Source: Prolixibacteraceae bacterium | Lineage (GTDB): Bacteria > Bacteroidota > Bacteroidia > Bacteroidales > Prolixibacteraceae | Direction: 5' to 3' | DNA: 64,000 nt | NCBI GenBank assembly: GCA_963677955.2 | Contig: CAXXQR010000001.1 | Span: 5,662,429 to 5,726,428, forward strand | Shown: piece after piece, positions 58,040-64,000 of the stretch | Layout: each line of letters starts with the position of its first letter | How positions within the stretch are numbered: position 1 is the stretch's first letter | Notes under the pieces: generated by a model | The model's input: the letters and a program-made list of their open reading frames with translations, nothing else | Told to the model about the DNA's origin: nothing | The model's database searches: none | Translations under genes and position numbers: made by a program

Positions 58040-58124
58040 TTTTAATTTGCACTAGAATAATTCACGACTCTTGCGATTAAAACACTGGACGGGTTATATG
58101 TGACGGTATAACCTGTCCTTTTTT
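58040..58124 (+). ncRNA. Candidate cis-antisense sRNA against the susC1 leader
   Basis: Inferred from the -7 element at 58026 and the plus-strand terminator ending at 58124; 5' end approximate. Confidence 0.35.
58087..58124 (+). terminator. Rho-independent terminator oriented against the PUL
   Basis: GGACGGGTTATA-TGTGACGG-TATAACCTGTCC then TTTTTT. The stem pairs fully (one G.U) only on the plus strand. Confidence 0.65.
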
Positions 58125-58193
58125 GTTTTAAGCTGTTAGTTAGTTTGTTCTTACTTCGTTACTTTTTTCAATAGGCATCAGTTTTTAAGATTA

Positions 58194-59393
58194 TTAATTG
58201 ATCGACTTTTTGGATATTATGATAACATCATCTTTCACATCAGCAGAAATAGGGGCAGTTGAACTGATTGCCTTAAATATTTCAGAACATTCGGTTTTCA
58301 GATCCAGTTTACCGGTCAAGCTCATTTTCCGTGTTTCTGCGTCCTTAAATTCTATTCGTAGATTGTAGTATCTCGAAAGCTTGGTGGCAATTGTTTCCAG
58401 TGTTTCTTTTTCACAATACAACCATCCTTCCTTCCACGAAATATATGGCAGGACATCAGTTGTACTTAATGTTGTTGCGGCTGATCGTTTTTCGTAGGCA
58501 AGCAACTGATTGGGTTTCATCAACACTTTTTTTGAATTCACAGTCGCCTCAACACTTCCCTCGACCAGCACTACTAAAGTGGACTCGTCATCGGAATATG
58601 CTGATACATTAAACGTGGTCCCTAGTACTCTTAAATGTACATTATCAGTCACCACAAAAAAGGGTTTAAATGCATCGTGGGCGACTTCAAGATATGCTTC
58701 CCCTTCAATAAATATCTCACGCTTTTGTTTAGTGAATACAACAGGAAAGATAGCCCGGCTACCAGAATTAAGCCATAATTTTGTGCCATCAGAGAGGGTG
58801 AGACTAGTCCTTTTTCCGAGAGGAACAACCAACTGGTTGAGTTGCTCTGTTTCACTATCCGAATTTAGATTTTTTTTTGCCAATCGTTTGTCAGAATTAA
58901 CTTCAACTTCGCCTTTACTGTTGTATTTTATATCCAGATCTTCTGATGGAAGTACTTCCTCAGATTTATCTGCAAAAATCAATTTGACTTCACTATCCTG
59001 GGATTCAACTCTTGCAATAGACTTGTAATCAATGCTATAATTATTCTGTTTATTTAGTTGAAAATATACAAGCCCAGTAATTCCCACCAGTAAAAGGAAA
59101 CTTGCAGCAGTCATCCAGGTTGATATTCGAAAGATTTTTTTTCGGGGACTGATCGTATCATTTTCAATACGGGTCCAAAGATTGAGAACAACTTCTTCCG
59201 TCAATTCCTTTTCTTTCGGGATAATACTTTGAATGAAAAAAATGGCATCTTCTACTTCCTTTTCATGTCCAGAATTTTCCGAAATAAATTTTTTCCAATG
59301 CTGATCTGATTCTTTTGTTGGTCTGATTACCCACTCAAAAAATTCAGGATTATGAATTAAGGCTTCAGAATTTGTGTCTAAATTGTGATTCAT
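58194..59393 (-). CDS. fecR: FecR-family anti-sigma factor
   Basis: Central TM; VPLGKRTSLTLSDGTKLWLNSGS, EGEAYLEVAHD, RVLGTTFNV, LVEGSV, SWKEG. Confidence 0.95.
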   Translation of the reverse strand: MNHNLDTNSEALIHNPEFFEWVIRPTKESDQHWKKFISENSGHEKEVEDAIFFIQSIIPKEKELTEEVVLNLWTRIENDTISPRKKIFRISTWMTAASFLLLVGITGLVYFQLNKQNNYSIDYKSIARVESQDSEVKLIFADKSEEVLPSEDLDIKYNSKGEVEVNSDKRLAKKNLNSDSETEQLNQLVVPLGKRTSLTLSDGTKLWLNSGSRAIFPVVFTKQKREIFIEGEAYLEVAHDAFKPFFVVTDNVHLRVLGTTFNVSAYSDDESTLVVLVEGSVEATVNSKKVLMKPNQLLAYEKRSAATTLSTTDVLPYISWKEGWLYCEKETLETIATKLSRYYNLRIEFKDAETRKMSLTGKLDLKTECSEIFKAISSTAPISADVKDDVIIISKKSIN

Positions 59394-59417
59394 GCAAAAT
59401 GTGTTTGTCTGTAAAAG

Positions 59418-59443
59418 CAGACAATGGCAGTTTTGTACTCACC
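59418..59443 (-). promoter_or_regulatory. Possible ECF-dependent promoter upstream of fecR
   Basis: Minus strand A-tract, then GGTGAGTAC-AAAACTGCCAT-TGTC. The layout resembles ECF -35/-10 elements; recalled pattern only. Confidence 0.25.
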
Positions 59444-59538
59444 TTATTTTATTTTTTTATAAATATTTAATGTAAAATTAACGATCCGGCAGGTCGTAGC
59501 CTAAGGGACTGATTTGGATACTAAATTTAAATTAAGTC

Positions 59539-60129
59539 TTATCGCTTTAAAAACGAGCAAAAAAGCACAAGGGATTTCTTTTGGCAAGTTTCTCTCAACT
59601 TTTCAATTCCGCGGAAAATCAAGTTCCGGACTGATTGGTAATTCATCTGAAGAACCTCACTTAATTCTTCATAGCTCAAGCCTGTTACAAACCTCAGATA
59701 AATTGCTTCGCGCTGACGATTACTAAGCCCTTGCATAGCCTTTTCAAGTAATTCAAATTGCCTAGATTTTAAGTCATCTTCGATTTCCGTACAGACTGAT
59801 AAGGAATAAAAAAAAGAGGGGTTTTCTGAATCTAAAGCAACATACCGTCCTTCTTCATTAAGTATCTTGAAAAGTTTCCTTTTAAGCGAAATAAACAAAT
59901 AAAGTTTGATATTATTTGTACTTTTTAAATTCTTTCTATATCTATGAAGATCAATAAAAACATCATGAACACAATCGTGAATTAACTCTTCATTTTTAGT
60001 AAAATGATTGCCAAATTTAAATAACGACTGAACATAGGTATTATAAATAGTCTTGTAAGCCTCTGTACTTCCGGAAAGGAAATCATTCCACAATTGGGTA
60101 TCCGTTGTAAATAGAGGAGCTTCCGGCAT
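59539..60129 (-). CDS. ECF sigma-70 factor of the PUL
   Basis: DCVHDVFIDL, YLFISLKRK, LSNRQREAIYLRFVTGLSYEELSEVL; directly upstream of fecR. Confidence 0.95.
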   Translation of the reverse strand: MPEAPLFTTDTQLWNDFLSGSTEAYKTIYNTYVQSLFKFGNHFTKNEELIHDCVHDVFIDLHRYRKNLKSTNNIKLYLFISLKRKLFKILNEEGRYVALDSENPSFFYSLSVCTEIEDDLKSRQFELLEKAMQGLSNRQREAIYLRFVTGLSYEELSEVLQMNYQSVRNLIFRGIEKLRETCQKKSLVLFCSFLKR

Positions 60130-60178
60130 ACATTAAAACTAAAACAGGATTTCTTAAAAAATCAAATATCTTCAATCG

Positions 60179-60186
60179 CAAAATTA
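60179..60186 (-). promoter_or_regulatory. sigmaA -7 element upstream of the ECF sigma gene
   Basis: Minus strand TAATTTTG(C), about 50 bp before ATG 60129; a second match (TATATTTG) lies 12 bp further upstream. Confidence 0.4.
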
Positions 60187-60541
60187 ATCCCAAATATATC
60201 TATTTCTACATTAACAGATTATAAAAAGCTTATAAATTGAAGAGAAATCGCTTTTAAACATTGACTAATTCTTCTCCTTGGTAAAGCCAATAGAATTCCT
60301 CTAGTGGTTAACCTGTCATTTATAATCTCCTATTTCAATTTTTTATGAGGAACAAAAAATTGTTAAATCATTGAATTAAATTGCAGTTAAATTCAATTGA
60401 TGAATTAAAGTGCAACCCCTATAGTACATAACTTAAGCCATTAAATGAGGAAAATAAGGCTTATAGAAAATATTCTTGCCTCTTAGTAACTGTTAGAAAA
60501 TTCAATTAAATTCTGTTTACGTATATTCTAATAATGGATAA

Positions 60542-61000
60542 TTAACCGCCAAACAAAACGATCGTAAGGAATGGCCGTTCGTGAAATGGCTGATTGAGGT
60601 GTATTACGCCAAGCAGATCGATCAGGATATGGAACTGAACGAGTATTACAAAGGTGTTTATGTAGCTCCTGATGCCGGAGCCGATGGTACTGGGATGGAT
60701 GGGCTGAAAAAACTACTCCAGGATAGTGTGGATGCCAGAACGATTAATACCATCAATATAGGTCCGCTGGATAAAGACCAGATTTTTGATCAGGTGGAAG
60801 AATTTACTGATAAGATTGCCGAGGTTTACCAAGGAATCTCAATGGATATTTGCATGAATCAATACTGGTGCAAGAAATATCTTCAAGACAAACGCGCACA
60901 GCGATATTATCATAATAAATCCGACCAGGACATCAATACCGAAATTGATTTTACTCCCTTGAAAATTAAAGGTCTGGCTTCAAGAATGAATTTCTCTTAG
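60542..61000 (+). pseudogene. Internal fragment of a Bacteroidota phage major-capsid-like gene
   Basis: In-frame from 60542: LTAKQNDRKEWPFVKWLIEVYYAKQIDQDMELNEYYKG...MDGLKKLL...IFDQVEEF...DFTP. Stop immediately upstream, no proper start, premature end. Family call is from recall. Confidence 0.5.
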
Positions 61001-61017
61001 CAAAAAGTAAGGATTTT

Positions 61018-61491
61018 ATGGAATACCTGGATCGATATACATCGTTGTCAAAAGAGTCGCTTCATCCGCAATCCATTTACAAATCGTTGAAAGAACTAAA
61101 GGATTCTGAAAAACGAGCACGTGAACAAGCCCTAGAAAAAGAGAAAAGAGATACTTTGTTGAGAGAAGTTGAACTAGCAAAACAGAAGGAAGAAGAAGAA
61201 AGGGAACGGCGAAAGAATGCGAATCAAATTGAAGCCTTAAATTCAGGTTTTGTTTCGTCGATTGCCGATTTTTCGAAACGTGATTCTTGGGATCAACTAA
61301 AAAAGGAAGTCGAAGTTTTTATTTGCAAGATTCAGAAAGATAACAATTACAGTAGGATTTTGAAAAACAGTCCTAATGGAATCCTGTCTGGTAATAACCG
61401 TGACATAGTTCTTAATTGTATTTCGAAACCGTATAAAGCGTCAAAAGAGAAAGCCAAGTGGGAACATCCGTTCGATAAAAATTCTTATTAA
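61018..61491 (+). CDS. Hypothetical coiled-coil protein, probably 5'-truncated
   Basis: E/K/R-rich. The frame stays open upstream (KNEFLLAKSKDF) to the end of the capsid-like fragment. Confidence 0.45.
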   Translation: MEYLDRYTSLSKESLHPQSIYKSLKELKDSEKRAREQALEKEKRDTLLREVELAKQKEEEERERRKNANQIEALNSGFVSSIADFSKRDSWDQLKKEVEVFICKIQKDNNYSRILKNSPNGILSGNNRDIVLNCISKPYKASKEKAKWEHPFDKNSY

Positions 61492-61571
61492 AAAAAATTG
61501 CTGAATGGATAGGGAAAGACAATACCATTGCTTTTTATGAAACCTTGATAAAATCTAAACACTCATAAATT

Positions 61572-62207
61572 ATGAAATACTTTAAAATAACACTATTCCT
61601 TTTATTGGTTGCTTTTCAGGCAACTGGCTCATTTGCTCAAAAACAGAATTCAACTTCAGAAATCGATTCTCTAAAAAAGCAAATTGAGAAACTCGAAAAA
61701 GAACTTAGTTCACATGATTCAGGGATAAGAAGTATAGATTATAAATTGAATTTCGTCCATGCCAAAGCAGTTGAGGCAGAAGAAAAGGACTACAAAACCG
61801 AGCGTGAATTATGGAAAGAGCATTTTGGTTTATTCGAACTTGCTTTTACTTTGGTCGTTGCCCTTTTAACATTCTTTGGAATAAAGAATAGGTTAGAAGA
61901 AAAAGTAAAAAAGAAACTCGATGAAATAGTGAAAGACCCCAAACGCATTGAAGCAATGGAAGCTAAGATTGATAAACATTTAGCTGAAAATAAGTTTAAA
62001 GAAGAGATTAAGAGACCAACCCGCAAAATATGGAGGAAAATCGATTTAGAGAAACTAAATCCAGAATGCTTCAATCAGGAGATGAACCGCAAAGGTATAA
62101 CAGCATACTCGGCCATTGTATATCCCAAGTCTCTTGAAAGGAATATATTGCTGGTTGTAAAGCTATTCCTATTAAAAGGGAAAACAATTTACCGTCTTTT
62201 ATTTTAA
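61572..62207 (+). CDS. Chimeric ORF: signal peptide, coiled coil and TM, fused to ~60 aa read from an IS transposase remnant
   Basis: MKYFKITLFLLLVAFQATGSFAQ signal and FELAFTLVVALLTFFGI TM; the C-terminus KIDLEKL...YSAIVYPKSLERNILLV is transposase-like. Confidence 0.65.
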   Translation: MKYFKITLFLLLVAFQATGSFAQKQNSTSEIDSLKKQIEKLEKELSSHDSGIRSIDYKLNFVHAKAVEAEEKDYKTERELWKEHFGLFELAFTLVVALLTFFGIKNRLEEKVKKKLDEIVKDPKRIEAMEAKIDKHLAENKFKEEIKRPTRKIWRKIDLEKLNPECFNQEMNRKGITAYSAIVYPKSLERNILLVVKLFLLKGKTIYRLLF

Positions 62208-62595
62208 CCGATACCACGCAAGCCCCCATCGATGTGATTGATATTTATCATACCTGCTTTCAAATAGAATTTGGATTCAGGGATGCTAAGAAATTTGCTG
62301 GCCTAGAAAACTCATAGAAAAGAAGCGGAAATAAACATAATTTTCATTTCAATGCGGCCTTAACAACGGTAAATATTACCAAGGTAATGCAACTGAGCAA
62401 TTCAGAAAAAAGGGAAAACTCATTTCCGATGGCAACTTACAAGATCCTGTTTCATAATATCTTAATAATATCAAGATTTTTTCGCTTGTCTGCTATTAAC
62501 CAGAACTCAATCAAAAATCGTCAACATGTCAATGAACTATTGTATTTCGAAACTATGGCCGCTTAATTATACGTGACTTTCTTAACGAACTATTG
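62018..62595 (+). mobile_element. Decayed IS4-family element: 3' half of the transposase plus right terminal IR
   Basis: PAKYGGK/IDL, YSAIVYPKSLERNI, FLTDT...YHTCFQIEFGFRDAKKFAGLEN*, FHFNAALTTVNITK, ...ETMAA* (stop 62564-62566), with frameshifts and a stop. Terminal CGTGACTTTCTTAACGAACTATTG (reverse complement CAATAG...). Confidence 0.8.
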
Positions 62596-62678
62596 CAATA
62601 TATAAATCTGTGTAACCATCAGCACACCTATTTTTGTTCGTACTACATTTATATTCACGACATAATTAATAAAAGAGT

Positions 62679-64000
62679 TTAGCGTTTCAGAGTATCTGTA
62701 AAATGGACTATTGAGCGAATGCTCACTGGACTTATCCGTTCCCCATTTTTAAACGTTGCGGCCCTAATGGTGGTATACTTTTTCACGTCAAAAGGGGTTT
62801 CGTATCGGGAAGATACTGATAAGGGCTCGGTTCCATCGAGGGTATAGTGGATTTCAGGTTGATAGCTATCGGTTTTCAGTATGACTACAGACTTTTTCTC
62901 CTGTACATGATCATCCACTTCAAAATAAACCTGATACGCACTTTTTGCATAGTTTATGCCAATTTGTTGATAACGTACGTATTGAGTTTCCATGCGCCGA
63001 ACAAAATCATCCCAATTCCTATTTTTTTTACTACTCCAACCCACTTCCGCAATGGCTGCTCCTCTTGGATAAGCCATATAATCACACTTATCCGGTGAAT
63101 GGATAAACTCTCCCCATATATTGCCTTGTACCCCTAAAATGAATTTACTTTCGGTAGCGTTCAATACTTCTGGAACCGGCTCATAGGCATAAACCTTGCG
63201 CAACGGTGTATGCCCGCCAATCGCGTTAGGTTCGAGATAAGGTTCCCCCTGAAAATGATCCAGATACATATGTGTGGTAGGACACATTACTACGGGGTGA
63301 TGAAGGCGAGCTGCTGCAATCCCACCTTCATCACCCTGCCAAGACATAACAGCGGCATTAGGAGCCAAGCCTCCCTGTAAAATTTCATCCCAACCAATAA
63401 CTTGTTTCCCTTTGCTGTTTAAAAAACGTTCTATTCGTTTTATAAAGTAGCTCTGTAGCTCATACTCATCCTTTAATCCATCATCCTTGATCCGCTGTTG
63501 ACAATACATACATGTACTCCACCGGTCTTTTAACGCTTCGTCGCCTCCTATATGGATAATTTCACTAGGGAAAAGCTCACAAATTTCAGAAAGAACGTCT
63601 TCCAGAAAAGTGAATACTTCTTCCTTGCCAGCACAATAAATATCTTTTTGGATAGCCCATTCTTCCGGAAATTTAAAGGGACCTCCAGTGCACGACAATT
63701 CAGGATAAGCAATCAATGCCGACAACACATGCCCGGGTAGCTCGATTTCAGGCACCACCGTCACATATCGAGCCTGTGCATAGGCTACCACCTCCCGAAT
63801 TTCGTCCTGTGTATAATATCCACCATGTGGATTTGGATCAATAAAAAATGATCCCCTTTGAAAATTGGTATTTCGACGCCAGGCCCCCACTTCTGTAAGC
63901 TTAGAATATTTTTTAATTTCAATACGCCAGCCAAAGTCTTCTACCAAATGCCAATGGAAAATGTTCATTTTATGCATAGCGAGGTAATCGATAAACTTTT
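62679..64000 (-). CDS. GH20 beta-N-acetylhexosaminidase, 5' end beyond the window, with C-terminal chitobiase/Fn3-like domain
   Basis: KMNIFHWHL..D.GWRIEIKKY, VPEIELPGH, IHIGGDE catalytic pair, YLDH, GVQGNIWGE, YPR; IHYTLDGTEP. Confidence 0.95.
   Translation of the reverse strand, partial: KFIDYLAMHKMNIFHWHLVEDFGWRIEIKKYSKLTEVGAWRRNTNFQRGSFFIDPNPHGGYYTQDEIREVVAYAQARYVTVVPEIELPGHVLSALIAYPELSCTGGPFKFPEEWAIQKDIYCAGKEEVFTFLEDVLSEICELFPSEIIHIGGDEALKDRWSTCMYCQQRIKDDGLKDEYELQSYFIKRIERFLNSKGKQVIGWDEILQGGLAPNAAVMSWQGDEGGIAAARLHHPVVMCPTTHMYLDHFQGEPYLEPNAIGGHTPLRKVYAYEPVPEVLNATESKFILGVQGNIWGEFIHSPDKCDYMAYPRGAAIAEVGWSSKKNRNWDDFVRRMETQYVRYQQIGINYAKSAYQVYFEVDDHVQEKKSVVILKTDSYQPEIHYTLDGTEPLSVSSRYETPFDVKKYTTIRAATFKNGERISPVSIRSIVHFTDTLKR

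Noticed and set aside
58510-59028. 172-aa plus-strand ORF
   Set aside because: Codon-aligned antisense shadow of fecR.
59481-59520. GC-rich stretch ACGATCCGGCAGGTCGTAGCCTAAGGGACTG between sigma and fecR
   Set aside because: Only a 6-bp stem with a wobble and no second copy in the window; may be a REP remnant but cannot be supported.
21412-60129. Rhamnogalacturonan-II or ulvan as the PUL substrate (GH78+GH106+GH127 also occur in RG-II loci)
   Set aside because: No recognisable polysaccharide lyase, GH105, GH2, GH95, GH33, GH138-143 or sulfatase genes; the only beta-helix gene appears truncated.
60240-60540. Short inverted repeats (TTGAATT/AATTCAA, TAAGCC/GGCTTA)
   Set aside because: Expected by chance in very AT-rich sequence.
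1-64000. CRISPR arrays, rRNA, intact tRNA, integrase, toxin-antitoxin, defence or reverse-transcriptase genes; invertible-promoter repeats
   Set aside because: No regularly spaced repeats or matching motifs seen by eye. The repeated permease tails are coding and differ at synonymous sites.

Overview
Bacteroidota chromosomal window; a Prolixibacteraceae/Marinilabiliales-type organism is a guess from gene content. All family calls come from motif recognition, with no database searches. (1) 1-11.8 kb: at least five tandem minus-strand MacB/FtsX-type ABC permease genes. They have divergent bodies, but the four complete ones share an identical 28-aa tail, and a sigma54-like promoter lies upstream. 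(2) 11.9-20.2 kb: a mobile-element ATPase remnant, a TMEM175-family K+ channel, a TolC/MFP/RND efflux operon, and an ECF sigma factor with an overlapping upstream membrane protein gene. (3) 20.5-21.3 kb: two tRNA-3'-end-like att remnants with hairpins. (4) 21.4-60.1 kb: a ~39-kb minus-strand polysaccharide utilization locus (PUL). It has ECF sigma/FecR, tandem susC-susD-susC-susD and 13 enzyme/accessory genes: GH78, GH106, GH127, three GH99/71-like paralogs, DUF5722-like, BACON-propeller, six-hairpin, MBL-fold hydrolase, beta-helix, DOMON-PKD and one frameshifted unknown. (5) 60.5-64 kb: a phage capsid-like fragment, a gene fused to a decayed IS4-family transposase, and a partial GH20. The most interesting signals are in the PUL. 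Two uncharacterised ~115-130-aa modules each occur in two unrelated scaffolds, one of them inside SusD2. The three GH99-like paralogs lack the second canonical Glu. A plus-strand promoter/terminator pair over the susC leader suggests a cis-antisense sRNA. The substrate is unknown but probably rhamnose-rich.
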